A DNA stretch of 64,000 bases from an uncultured Chloroflexia bacterium (lineage in GTDB: Bacteria > Chloroflexota > Anaerolineae > CG2-30-64-16), in contig CAWAOA010000010.1 of the NCBI GenBank assembly GCA_963783655.1, forward strand, positions 71,054 to 135,053. Direction: 5' to 3'. The notes below the pieces were generated by a model. The model was not told the origin of the DNA, did no database searches, and saw nothing but the letters and a program-made list of their open reading frames with translations. The translations under genes were made by a program, and so were the position numbers. Shown one piece after another: positions 1 to 10,846 of this stretch (positions are counted from its first letter, which is position 1; every line of letters begins with the position of its first letter).

Positions 1-1
1 T

Positions 2-130
2 GCCGGAGCAACGGTGGTGGACGTGAACCCCGAGCGCGGGTCGATCGCGAACGCGGCCGACGTGCACCTTTCAGGGCCCGGAGGGGACATCCTGCCCGCG
101 CTGCTGCGCGCTATCGAGAAGGAGGCTTGA
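2..130 (+). CDS. 3' end of probable NAD-dependent deacylase (Sir2/CobB family), truncated by window edge
   Basis: Manual translation AGATVVDVNPERGSIANAADVHLSGPGGDILPALL...* resembles the CobB C-terminus (GAxVIEVNP...AD..L.G.A.EILP.L). Confidence 0.55.
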   Translation, partial: AGATVVDVNPERGSIANAADVHLSGPGGDILPALLRAIEKEA

Positions 131-131
131 T

Positions 132-1490
132 ATGGAGAATCGGACGCTGATCCGAGGCGGCCAGGTGGTGCTGGGCGACGGTGTGTTGGAAGCGGACCTT
201 CTGATCGAGGGCGAGCGGATCGCGGCGCTGGCCAAAACGCTGGACGTCGTCGATGCCGAGGTGCTGGACGCAAACGGCTGCTATGTGCTGCCGGGATTGG
301 TTGACCCGCACACGCACATCGTGCTCAACACGGGGATCTATCACACGCCGGACGACTGGGAGAGCGGCACGCGCACCGCGGCCTGCGGCGGCGTTACGAC
401 CGTGATCGACTTCGCCACCCAGTTCCCCGGCCAGGATGCCGAGCAGGCGCTGGAGTGCCGGCTGGAGGAGATCGGCAACCGGGTGCAGATCGACTACGGG
501 CTCCACCTGATGATGACCGAACTGCCTCCGCAACCCGACCTGGCCGCTTGCTTGCGTGCACTGCCGGAACTGGGATTGCGAGCGGTCAAGCTCTTCACCA
601 CGTACCGGCCCAACTACTATCAGGACGACGCCGCCCTGCTGCGCGCCATGGAAGCGGCAGCGAACGCCGGCGTGTTGATGATGCTGCACTGCGAGAACGA
701 CGCGCTGGTCTCCGCCGAAACCGGGCGGTTGTTGTCCGAGGGGCGGGATGGCCTGGCCTACCACGGAAAGGCACGACCGGCGTTGGCAGAGGTCGAGGCG
801 GCACACCGTGCCCTCTTCCTGGCTCAGAACACCGGCTGCCCGCTGTACGTGGTTCACTGCTCGGTGTCCGGCACGGTAGACCAGGTAACCGCAGCGCGGC
901 GTATGGGGCAAATTGCGCTGGCCGAGACGACGCCACAGTACCTGTTGCTGGACGAGGGCATGTACGCCGGCGAGCATCCGGAGTGGGTAATCATGCAGCC
1001 GCCGCTGCGCGCGGCGGAGGAAAAGGATGCGCTCTGGCGGCGGCTGGCGGCCAACGAGATCCAGACGGTGGGCACCGACCATTGCGACTACAGCATCCAG
1101 CAAAAGAATGCGTCGCCGCGCTTCTCAGAGACGCCGGGCGGCATCCCCGGCATGGAGACGATGCTGCCGTTATTGGCAACCTATGGACCCCTCGCCGGAC
1201 GCATCACCTGGCCGCAACTGGCGGCAGTCACCAGCGCGAACCCGGCGCGCATCTTCGCCCTCGACCGCAAGGGGAGCCTGCTGCCCGGCTATGATGCCGA
1301 TGTGGTGGTGTACGACCCGCGCCCGATCCGCACGATCAAAGCAGCCGATCTTCACGGTGTCGCCGGGTACACGCCGTACGAAGGCCGGCACGTCCAGGGC
1401 CAGGTGCGTGACGTCTTCTCCCGCGGCCGCGCGCTGGTGCGGGGCGGGGAGTTCCAGCCCGCGCCGGGGTGGGGGCGGTTTGTGAAGTAG
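132..1490 (+). CDS. hydA: Dihydropyrimidinase/hydantoinase (cyclic amidohydrolase)
   Basis: DPHTH metal motif, AACGGVTTVIDF, VKLF (carbamylated Lys), HCEN, HCS, GTDHC, PGGIPGMET; RBS AGGAGG. Confidence 0.85.
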   Translation: MENRTLIRGGQVVLGDGVLEADLLIEGERIAALAKTLDVVDAEVLDANGCYVLPGLVDPHTHIVLNTGIYHTPDDWESGTRTAACGGVTTVIDFATQFPGQDAEQALECRLEEIGNRVQIDYGLHLMMTELPPQPDLAACLRALPELGLRAVKLFTTYRPNYYQDDAALLRAMEAAANAGVLMMLHCENDALVSAETGRLLSEGRDGLAYHGKARPALAEVEAAHRALFLAQNTGCPLYVVHCSVSGTVDQVTAARRMGQIALAETTPQYLLLDEGMYAGEHPEWVIMQPPLRAAEEKDALWRRLAANEIQTVGTDHCDYSIQQKNASPRFSETPGGIPGMETMLPLLATYGPLAGRITWPQLAAVTSANPARIFALDRKGSLLPGYDADVVVYDPRPIRTIKAADLHGVAGYTPYEGRHVQGQVRDVFSRGRALVRGGEFQPAPGWGRFVK

Positions 1491-1844
1491 GGGCGGTCCC
1501 GGCGAACCCTCCCGTTGCACGGTAGCGAGGCCGGGGCGAAACCTTCAACGAACCCGTAGTCAGCCCCTTGTGGGCGTGTTGACACGCGGTCGCGAGTCGT
1601 GCCGGAGGGCGGGCGCACCACGTCGCCGGACGCGTTAACCCAGCGCCGCGCGCTCAATCCGACAGCCGCGGCGACAAGGGGGCTGCCTACGGGTAACGTT
1701 AGCGAGGGCAGCCCACGGGTAACGAGCCAGGGGATGCGCCGCGATTCGGTTAACCCGCCGCGCCGCATCCCCGGCAACACGCCCACCCCGCAACCCCGGG
1801 GCATGGCGTGCATTGGGGCACGGGGCGGGTCACCCGCCCCCTAC
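1487..1844. repeat. Inverted pair of GTAG-type REP-like elements (REPIN-like)
   Basis: GTAGGGGCGG at 1487 (+) overlaps the hydA stop; GGGGCGGGTCACCCGCCCCCTAC hairpin at 1822-1844 reads GTAG-first on the minus strand. Confidence 0.5.
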
Positions 1845-2066
1845 CGTAGCGGAAGGGGTATGGTGATCCCGGTTCTGGCCGGGGTGCGGCGCTCGGGATA
1901 AGCGAACCGCGCCACGCCCCGGCAACGCGATCGCGCTGCTTCCCGGCGCGGTGTTGGCAATGCGACAGCAAAGCTGCCGGAACCCAACCGCGCCGCGCCC
2001 CGTCTGGGGTTAACGCCGGCTGCTTTGCAGCTACGGTATCAATTTGGAGCGTATAACCGAGATCGC

Positions 2067-2179
2067 AGAACGTAGAACCAAGATGGCGGAACGTAGAACC
2101 CAGACCCCAAAACCGAAGCCTCAGCGCCCGGCACTCAAAACCCCAGAACGTAGAACTTAGAACCCAGAACTCAGAACTC
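2067..2179. repeat. Degenerate heptamer tandem repeat (AGAAC-NN)
   Basis: AGAACGT AGAACCA ... AGAACGT AGAACTT AGAACCC AGAACTC AGAACTC just beyond the ade stop. Confidence 0.6.
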
Positions 2180-2190
2180 CCCGCTCCCCC

Positions 2191-3901
2191 CTACTCCGCC
2201 CACAACGGCACAATCTTGAACTGATCCACATCCACCAGGCCCATGTCCGTGAGCTTGAGGTGGGGGATCACTTCGAGCGCCAGGAAGCTGAGCGCCATCA
2301 GGGGGTCGTGAAGGGGCGAGCCGAGCTTCTGCGCAGCCGCGAGGACCTCGTCCAGGCCTGACCGCACTTCGCAGATCGGCTGGTTTGACATCAAGCCGGC
2401 GATCGGAAGCGGCAGGCGGGCGAGCACGGTAATCCCATCTGCCACGGCCAGGCCGCCCCCCATGTCATCCACGGCGGCGGCGGCGGTCATGAGCGAGATG
2501 TTGTCGGTGCCGGCCACCAGCAGGTTGTGGTGATCGTGAGCGATGGTGGAGGCAATTGCACCGCGCCCCAGTCCCAATCCCTGCACGAGCCCCTTACCCA
2601 TGCGCCCGCTGGCCATATGGCGCTCAATCACCATCATCTTCACGATGTCCTGCTCGAAATCAGGCACGACGAAGCCGGACTGCGACGGCACCTCGAGCAC
2701 GCGGTCTTCTGTGATCAACTGGTCGGGGATCGTGCCGATCACGTGCGCCCGCCGCCCTTCGGCCGGGATGGTGAAGTCTACGGTGTGCCAGTTGACGTTC
2801 ATAGAGCTGCGCAGGTAGACCGGGCGCGGCGGTGTGTTGACCGGGCACATCTCCCCGTTCTCCGCCACTACCTGCCCGCTGCGCAGCACGATGCGCGCCT
2901 GGAACTGCTCCAGATCGTCGAATATCATCAGGTCGGCGCGGTTGCCCGGGCGGATCCCGCCCCGGTCGTACAGGCGGAACCACTCCGACGTATTCAGCGT
3001 GGCCATCCGGATCGCTACAATCGGGTCGATGCCACTCTGAATAGCGGTGCGAACCAGGTAGTCTACACCGCCCACGTCGAGCAGGTCCCCGGGGTGCCGG
3101 TCGTCGGTACAGAAGCAGATGCGCCGGTGATTGTCCGAGTTGATGAGGGGCAGCAGGTCGCGCATGTTGTGCGCGTTCGTGGCCTCGCGCACCAGGATGT
3201 ACATGCCCAGCCGCAGCTTCTCGAGCGCCTCATTCAGATCGGTGCACTCGTGGTCCGAACCGATACCGGCAGAGACGTAGGCGTTTAGCAGCTTGCCGCT
3301 CATGCCCGGGCGCGTGCCCATCCATCACAGAACGCCGGAATCCCTGAAGCTTGTCCAAAACACCGGGATCTTCGTACACCACACCGTGGTAGTTCATCAT
3401 CTCGCCGAGACCCAACACCCACGGATCGTTCTGCAGCGCCACGATGTCCTTGGCCTCGAGATAGGCGCCGGCAGTAGCCATGTTGGTGGCGGGCACGCAC
3501 GAGGGCACCATGATGAACATGCTCAGGCTGCCGTATTTGGCCTGGTCAAACATATAGCGGATGCCGTCCAGCCCGAGGACGTTGGCGATTTCGTGGGGGT
3601 CGGCGACTACGGAGGTGACGCCGCGCGGGACTACCGCCTCGGCAAACTGGCGCACCCCCACCATCGAGCTTTCAATGTGAACGTGGGCGTCTATCAATCC
3701 GGGCGCGATGTAGCTTCCGTGGAGGTCGATCTCCGCCTTCCCGTCGTAGCTTTTCCCTATTCCGGCTATCTGTGAGCCCTGGAGCGCGATGTCCGTCTCG
3801 TATATTTCGCCCGAGTAGACGTTGATCAGCCGGCCGTTGCGGAGGACCAGGTCGGCCGGGGAATCGCCGCGGGCCACACGCAGGAGTTCGTTAAGCGCCA
3901 T
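2191..3901 (-). CDS. ade: Adenine deaminase (one frameshift near 3310-3320, probably sequencing error)
   Basis: Joined ORFs 3230-3931 and 2191-3321: IDAHVHIESS, DPHEIANV, LGEMMN, DGHAPG, SDHEC, CTDDRHP, IAHDHHN; start MALNELL with GAGGT RBS. Confidence 0.9.
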
Positions 3902-3929
3902 GTTGACCTCTCGGTTGGCTATTGGGAAC

Positions 3930-4014
3930 ATTATACTACCCTGCGTCTAGCCCCCGCCTGGCCGTGCGGAATTGTCTGCAGAGGTTGCGACACAGTAGGG
4001 TCTATGGTTATAAT
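3930..4014. promoter_or_regulatory. Divergent sigma70-type promoters (ade / nucleoside ABC operon)
   Basis: Minus-strand TATAAT at 3930-3935; plus-strand TTGCGA(3985)-18 bp-TATAAT(4009). Confidence 0.55.
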
Positions 4015-4054
4015 GCCTCGTGAACAGCGTAGCCTCTGACGCCAATGACGTCGG

Positions 4055-4079
4055 TTGACGAAATCGATAAATTCGTCAA
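4055..4079. promoter_or_regulatory. Putative operator or leader hairpin TTGACGAA-N9-TTCGTCAA
   Basis: Perfect 8-bp inverted repeat in the leader of the BMP ABC operon. Confidence 0.4.
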
Positions 4080-4198
4080 TCCGCGCCGCAATGATCCGGC
4101 GGCATGCCCCTTGAGAGAGATGGAGGTGCGGCCCGGTCTCGATTCCCCTGTTTCGTCCGTTCTGCCTGCATTAGATAGCGCTTCCAGGAGGAGTATCC

Positions 4199-5615
4199 AT
4201 GTTCCGAACTCGACTGTGGCCCGTTCTGGCGGTCATCCTAGTCGTCTCGATGGTTATTTCCGGCTGCGGTGGGACACCCGCCCCAGCTGCCCAGCCCACG
4301 GCCGCACCGAAGGCGGCACCTGCAACCACTGCACCCGCCGCCACTACGGCGCCGGCTGCCACCAAGGCCGCAGCCACTGCAGCGCCAGCAGCTACGACCG
4401 CGCCGGCTGCCACGAAAGCAGCGGCTACGACGGCGCCCGCAGCAACCAAGGCAGCAGCGACAGCGGCGCCTGCTGCGACCGCCGCACCCGCGGCGAAGAC
4501 CGGCTCTTTCCAGATCCCCGACATCGAGCAGGGAAAGTTCAACGTTGCGGCGGTCCTGATCGGGCCGCATGACGATGGCGGCTGGAGCCAGTCACACTAC
4601 GAGGGGTTGGTGTACGTCGAGAAGAACGTACCCAATGTCCACGTTGCCTACATCGAAAACGTCCCCGAAGGCGCTGACTCGGAGCAGGTGTTCCGCAGCC
4701 TCTCGCGCAAGGGTTTCAAACTGATCCTGGGCACCTCGTTCGGCTTCATGGATCCGATGGAAACGGTCGCCAACGAGTTCCCCCAGATCATGTACGTCCA
4801 CATCAGCGGCTTCAAGTCCAACACGAAGAATTTCGGCAATCTGTTCGGCGCCATGGAAGACATGAAGTATGTCGCCGGCATGATCGCCGGGCGCGCGTGC
4901 GAAGAAGGACGGCAACCCGCGGCTTGGTTACATGGCCACCTTCCCGATCCCCGAGGAAATCCGCCTGGGCAACGCCATCATGTTGGGCGCGAAGAAGACC
5001 TGCCCCGAATGCACGATGGATGTCCGCTGGATCAACACGTGGCATGATCCGGTCATCGAGAAGGAAGCCGCCGCCTCGCTGTTCGACGCCGGCGCGCAGG
5101 TGGTATTCACCGGCGCCGACACGCCCGCCGTTGCCGATGTGGCGCAAGCCAAGGGCAAGTGGGGCGTAACGTACGACTTCGTCGGCTCCTGCAAGGTCGA
5201 TCGCTGCCTCACGGCTCCGTACTGGAGCTGGGGCCCCATCTACGCCGACGTCACCAAGAAGGTGGTTGCCGGTACCTACAAGCCCGGCTGGGAATACTTT
5301 GACGCCGACGTGAACGCCATGGGTGTCCTGGGCTTTATGGAAGGGCAGCAGCTGACTACCGGCATGAAGGACTTGCCCCCCGAGGTCATCCAGATGGCCA
5401 AGGACACTGTCGCTAAGATGCTTAAGGGGCAGTTCACCCGCTTCGACGTCTTCGCCGGCCCGATCAAGGACAATACCGGCAAGACGGTGGTACCCGCTGG
5501 CGAGAAGCTACAGCAAGCCGATCTCGACCAGTTCCCGCCCGGTGCGCCGGGACTCACCTGCAAGTACTGCATGAAGTGGTGGGCCGAAGGGATCACCGCG
5601 AAACTGCCAGACTAA
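4199..5615 (+). CDS. BMP/PnrA-family nucleoside ABC substrate-binding lipoprotein (frameshift near 4895)
   Basis: Lipobox ISGC, Ala/Thr/Pro linker, GPHDDGGWSQSH, GTSFGF, FPIPEE.R..NA, W..TWHDP. Confidence 0.85.
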
Positions 5616-5627
5616 TCCCCTGGTATC

Positions 5628-5666
5628 GCTCCCGCCGGTCCCGCGCTCTGCGGGACCGGCGGGAGC
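5628..5666 (+). terminator. GC-rich 17-bp stem-loop after SBP gene (mRNA stabiliser/attenuator)
   Basis: GCTCCCGCCGGTCCCGC-gctct-GCGGGACCGGCGGGAGC; no U-tract. Confidence 0.55.
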
Positions 5667-5684
5667 CCATTTCGAGGGCCGTGA

Positions 5685-7217
5685 ATGAGCCATAATCCGA
5701 ACGTTGTCGAAATGCGGGGGATCGTCAAGCGGTTCCCCGGAACGCTTGCAAACGATCACGTTGATTTTGACTTGATACAGGGAGAGGTACACGCTCTACT
5801 AGGCGAAAACGGCGCCGGCAAGAGCACGCTGATGAATATCCTCGCCGGGCTTTACCGGCCAGAGGAAGGCACAATCCAGGTACAGGGGCAGCGGGTCTCA
5901 TTTGGCTCTCCTGCCGCTGCTATCGCCCAGGGCATCGGTATGGTGCACCAGCATTTTATGCTCGTGCCAAGCCAGACCGTAACCGAAAACATCGTCCTTG
6001 GCCTGCAGCGACCCCGGTTTCTGCTGCAGCTGCCGGAACTCGACAAGCAAATCATCACGCTCCAGAACCAGTATGGGCTTCACGTCGATCCTCGCGCTAA
6101 GATCTGGCAGCTATCCGTCGGCGAGCAGCAGCGGGTCGAGATCCTGAAGATCTTGTACCGCGGCGCGCGCGTCCTGATTATGGACGAGCCGACGGCAGTA
6201 CTCACTCCCCAGGAAGTGGATGAGCTGTTCGTAACCCTGCGCTCGATGCTCGGCAAGGGCCACTCCATCGTCTTCATCAGCCACAAGCTGGACGAAGTGT
6301 TGGCTATCGCAAACCGGGTAACCGTGTTGCGCCACGGCCGGGTGACCGCAGCGGGCGTATCAACGCAGGGGGTAAGCAAGCGAGAGCTGGCGCAACTGAT
6401 GGTTGGGCGAGAGGTGATCTTCACCGTCAAGAAGACACCGGCGCGTCCGGGTGAAGTCGCACTGGAGCTGAAGCATCTGTGCGCCGAGAGCGATCGTGGC
6501 CTGAATGCGCTGAAGGATTTCTCGCTCCAGGTGCGGGCAGGCGAGATCGTTGGCGTTGCCGGCGTGGCGGGTAACGGGCAAAGCGAGCTGGCACAGGTGA
6601 TCACCGGGCTGCGTAAGTGCAAGACCGGCCGCGTGATCGTGAACGGCGAGGATGTGACGAACAAACCACCCACGGGCCGTTTCGCGCGCGACCTTGCTCA
6701 CGTTCCGGAGGATCGCACGGGGGTAGGCAGTGCGCCCGGGTTGAGCATCGCGGACAACCTGATCATGCGCACGTATTCGAAGCCGCCGATCGCACGCGGG
6801 TGGACGATCAACCGTCCGGCCGTGCGCAAACGGGCTCAAGAACTCAAAGAGCAGTACTCGATCGTGGCACCCTCGATTGACATCGAGGCCCGGCTGCTGT
6901 CAGGCGGAAATCTGCAGAAGATGATCCTGGCGCGGGAGATTTCGGGTGAGCCAAAAGTGATCGTGGCGGTTCAACCCACGCGTGGGCTCGACGTGGGAGC
7001 GATTGAGGCGGTACACCGGCTGCTGTTAGAACAGCAGAACCGGGGCGCCGCGATTTTATTGATCTCAGAGGAGCTAGACGAAGTGCTCTCGCTCTCCGAT
7101 CGCATTATCGGTATCTATGAGGGACAGGTGATGGGCGAAATCCCGGCCGCCGAGGCCACGCGCGAGGAGATCGGTCTGATGATGGCGGGTACTCGCCGCG
7201 TTACGGGGAGCGAGTGA
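5685..7217 (+). CDS. Nucleoside/sugar ABC ATP-binding protein (two NBDs)
   Basis: GENGAGKST, LSVGEQQRVE, MDEPT, LSGGNLQK, QPTRGLD. Confidence 0.92.
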   Translation: MSHNPNVVEMRGIVKRFPGTLANDHVDFDLIQGEVHALLGENGAGKSTLMNILAGLYRPEEGTIQVQGQRVSFGSPAAAIAQGIGMVHQHFMLVPSQTVTENIVLGLQRPRFLLQLPELDKQIITLQNQYGLHVDPRAKIWQLSVGEQQRVEILKILYRGARVLIMDEPTAVLTPQEVDELFVTLRSMLGKGHSIVFISHKLDEVLAIANRVTVLRHGRVTAAGVSTQGVSKRELAQLMVGREVIFTVKKTPARPGEVALELKHLCAESDRGLNALKDFSLQVRAGEIVGVAGVAGNGQSELAQVITGLRKCKTGRVIVNGEDVTNKPPTGRFARDLAHVPEDRTGVGSAPGLSIADNLIMRTYSKPPIARGWTINRPAVRKRAQELKEQYSIVAPSIDIEARLLSGGNLQKMILAREISGEPKVIVAVQPTRGLDVGAIEAVHRLLLEQQNRGAAILLISEELDEVLSLSDRIIGIYEGQVMGEIPAAEATREEIGLMMAGTRRVTGSE

Positions 7218-8352
7218 TGGATGGCACGCCTTCCGTAGACACCGGTCCCGCCCGAACCGGTGGCCTCCCCTTCTCCATCCGGATCGAAAGCCGCCTTCAG
7301 ACCCCCAAATGGTTACCGCTTGTCACCTCGGTGGCGTCGTTGTTGGTCGCCTTCCTGATCGGTGCGGTGATCATCCGGATCGCGGGGGCGATCCGTGGCT
7401 TGCCTACCGGCACATCGTCAAAGCCGCTTTCGGCGACGTCGGCGTCTTCAACGATACGCTCGTGAAAGCCACGCCCCTGCTTCTCACCGGGCTCGCCTGT
7501 GCGGTGGCGTTCCGGATGAAGTTGAACAATATCGGGGCGGAGGGACAGTTCTTCATGGGCGCCTGGGGCGCCAGCGCCATCGTGCTGGCGCCTGTGCTGC
7601 CGCCGGCGACCCCACGCATCATCATGATCCCGGCGATGATGCTGGCAGGTTTCGCCTGCGGCGCGCTGTGGGGGCTCATCCCCGGTTTCCTGAAGGCACG
7701 CTTCAAAGTCAACGAAATCATCACTACCCTGATGCTGAACTACATCGCCACGTCGTGGGTGCTCTACTGGGTGTTCGGGAAATGGAGCGAGGCGGGCTTC
7801 CAGATGAGCAGGATGTTCCCGCGCACCGCCTGGCTGCCGCGCCTGACCGACTACGCGGCCGCCGTGCCCGATCTCGGCGGACTGACGCTGCACCTGGGTA
7901 TCGTGTTTGGGCTGGTAGCGGCGGTCGTCGTGTGGTTCATCCTGTTCCGCAGCCGTTGGGGCTATGAGATCCGCCTGATCGGCGACAACCCGCGCGCCGC
8001 AATCTATGCCGGCATCAACATCGTCCGGAACACCGTGCTCGTGATGATGCTCTCCGGCGGCCTGGCGGGATTGGCCGGGATGTCCGAGATCTCCGGCGTC
8101 GTGCACCGGCTCCAGGGGGCCATATCGCCGGGCTATGGATTCACGGCGATCATCATCGCGTGGCTGGCGAAGCTACACCCATTCGGCGTGGTGCTCGTAT
8201 CGATCCTGTTCGGTGGACTGATCCTGGCGGGGCGTGAGATCCAGCCGTCGGGCGTGCCTCGCATGTTGCAGGGAGTGATCCTTTTCTGCGTGATCGCGAG
8301 CGACGTGCTGCTCCGCTACCGCATTCGCATCGTGAGACGGAGGGAGGCGTAG
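7217..8352 (+). CDS. Nucleoside ABC permease (frameshift near 7390)
   Basis: NIGAEGQ, VNEIITTLMLNY, GYGFTAIIIAWLAKLHP; hydrophobic. Confidence 0.85.
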
Positions 8353-9324
8353 ATGCTCGACTGGACCATTATCCTCCATGCGGGCATCGCCAGCGGCACG
8401 GTTCTGCTTTTTGCTGCTGTCGGCGAGATCTTCGCCGAGCGCTCCGGGGTGTTGAACCTGGGTGTGGAAGGAATGATGCTGCTGGGCGCCATGTTCGCCT
8501 TCAAGCTGGCCGCCGAGGGGAACGGTATCTGGGTGGCGCTGCTCGTGGCCATGCTGGCCGCCGGGGCACTCAGCCTTCTCCATGCCGTCGTTTCGATCCA
8601 TTTTCAGGCGGACCAGGTAGTGAGCGGCCTGGCGATCAACTTCGTCGGTATCGGGCTCAGCACCGTACTGGGCGAAGGGTTGAGTAAGGCAGGCACGCAG
8701 TCGCTGGTGCCTTCGTACACCGTGCCGGTGTTGTCACAGATCCCGGTGCTGGGGCCGATCATGTTCACCAACCAGCATCTGCTGGTATACCTTGGCTTCG
8801 CACTGGTACCGCTGGCGTGGTTCTACATCAACCACACCCGCCCGGGGCTGCACCTGCGCGCGATCGGCGAATACCCATCGGCCGCGGATGCCCTGGGGAT
8901 CAACGTCTATCGCATGCGTTATGTCTACGTCCTGGTGGGCGGCTTGCTGTCCGGGCTCGCCGGCGCCACCATCAGCCTGGCCGTCTCACCTGGATGGTTC
9001 AGCGAATTGACCACTTCGGGGCAAGGCTGGATCGCCATCGGCCTCGTGATCTTCGCCCAATGGGATCCGTGGCGTGCGGCCGTAGGCGGCTATGCCTTCG
9101 GCGCACTCCGGCGCCTGATCCTCGATCTCCAGGTCCCGCAGACACTGTTCGGGCAGCCCAATCCGTTTTTCGAGACGTACCAGCTCGGCTTCTTCCTGCA
9201 GATGCTGCCCTACGCTCTGACCATCGTGGTGCTGGTGATCGGCTCACGAGAGGCGTTGCGTAAGCGGCTGGGCGCACCGGCATCACTGGGCATCCCCTAC
9301 GTGCGTGGCGAGCGAGGCCTGTAA
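8353..9324 (+). CDS. Nucleoside ABC permease
   Basis: ERSGVLNLGVEGMM, ADQVVSGLAIN, GQGWIAIGLVIF, QMLPY. Confidence 0.9.
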   Translation: MLDWTIILHAGIASGTVLLFAAVGEIFAERSGVLNLGVEGMMLLGAMFAFKLAAEGNGIWVALLVAMLAAGALSLLHAVVSIHFQADQVVSGLAINFVGIGLSTVLGEGLSKAGTQSLVPSYTVPVLSQIPVLGPIMFTNQHLLVYLGFALVPLAWFYINHTRPGLHLRAIGEYPSAADALGINVYRMRYVYVLVGGLLSGLAGATISLAVSPGWFSELTTSGQGWIAIGLVIFAQWDPWRAAVGGYAFGALRRLILDLQVPQTLFGQPNPFFETYQLGFFLQMLPYALTIVVLVIGSREALRKRLGAPASLGIPYVRGERGL

Positions 9325-9351
9325 CATGGTGGTCGAAGACGGGAGCGCGGC

Positions 9352-10828
9352 GTGAGGGGGCGCGGGCTGCTGGCAGGGGTGCTGCTCGTGCTGCTGCTCG
9401 CAGTAGCGGCGGCGGGCGGCATTCTCTATTACCTGCAGTCACAGAAGCCCGCGCCCGATCCGTTCGCCGTCTATCGCCCCGCAATGAACCCCGGCTTCAC
9501 CATCGTGCCGGAACGTCTGCAGGCGCTACCGCAGTACAGCATCACTCTGCGTCTTGACCCGGCGACGCGTGCGTTCACCGGCACCTCAGAAGTATCCTTT
9601 GTCGTGACGGCCGGCCTGCCGCAAGACGAGATCCTCTTCCGCCTGTACCCTAACCTGCCCCAATTTAACGGGGTGATGCACGTCTCCTCGGCGCAGGTGA
9701 ATGGCGCCAGCATGAGCTTCGCCTACGACGCCGCCAACACGGCTGTGCGGGTACCGGTACCGCCGCTGCAGACCGGTACGCGGGCCACGGCACGGCTCAC
9801 CTTCACCGGCGAAGCACCGAAGCACCGCGCCGACTACTACACCATTTTCGGGCAGAGCGAAGACATCCTCAGCCTCACGAACTTCTACCCCATCCTGGCG
9901 CGCTATCGCAGCGACGGTTGGGCGACCGACGTAGCCGACCCGCAGGGAGACGTCGGATTCCACGATGCAGCGCTATACCGGGTGACGACGATCATGCCGC
10001 CCGGGCAGGTGGTGGTAGCCACCGGCAGCGTGGTCACCCAGACCGTGCTGCCCGACAAGCAGCTGCGGACCGAGTACGTCCAGGGTCCGGCGCGCGAGTT
10101 CACCCTCATCATGAGTCCCCGCTTCCAGGTCGAGGAGATGGACGCGTACGGCACCCTTGTCCGCAGCTATTACATCCCCGAGCAGGCCATGGCGGGGCGG
10201 TCGGCGCTCTATGCGGCGGTGGCGTCGCTGCAAGTCTATTCCGACGTTTTCGGACCCTACCCGTACCGGGAGATGGCGGTGGTGCAAGCGCCGCTCACCT
10301 TCCACGGCATGGAATTCCCCGGCATCAACCTGATCGGCACCGATGCCTATTCCAAACACTTGCAGGATCTGGAGACGCTGGTGGCGCACGAGGTGGCTCA
10401 CCAGTGGTGGTACAACCAGGTGGGCAGCGACCAGAACCGGACCCCCTGGCTCGACGAGGGGCTGGCGGAGTTCAGCATGTACTACTACCAGGGCCTGCGC
10501 TACGGCGAGGACTTCGCGGCACCTGCTGCGCCGCCAGCGCTGGACCGCCCCGGTGCAGTTCAACCGCGAGCGTGGGCTCGACGCGCCCATCGGGCGGCCG
10601 GTCACGGCCTACAAGGGCAACTACGAGACGGTCGTCTATGCCAAGGGCGCCCTCTTCTTCGCCACCCTGCAAGACGCCCTAGGAGATGCGACCTTCCGCC
10701 ACCTGTTGCGCACCTACCTCGAGCGCTATATGTGGCAGGTGGCCACCCCCGAGCAATTCAAAGCCCTGGCGGAAGAGGTCACGGGCCGCAGCCTTGACGA
10801 TCTGTGGCGGCAGTGGGTAGAAGGGTAG
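9352..10828 (+). CDS. Membrane-anchored M1-family metallo-aminopeptidase (frameshift near 10520)
   Basis: N-terminal TM helix, GMEFP, AHEVAHQWW...WLDEGLAE, VYAKGA. Confidence 0.85.
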
Positions 10829-10846
10829 GAGTAGTGAGGGTGCTCG

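Noticed and set aside
1490-2190. CRISPR array or small CDS in the hydA-ade gap
   Set aside because: The repeats are short, degenerate and irregularly spaced; the ORFs are low-complexity without RBS; no cas genes.
4015-4198. Purine riboswitch ahead of the nucleoside ABC operon
   Set aside because: Lacks the ATATGG / GTTTCTACC / CCGTAAA consensus.
2191-10828. Pseudogenes or programmed frameshifts in ade, BMP, permease and M1 peptidase
   Set aside because: The breaks are widespread, lack slippery-site/stem signatures, and all catalytic motifs are intact.
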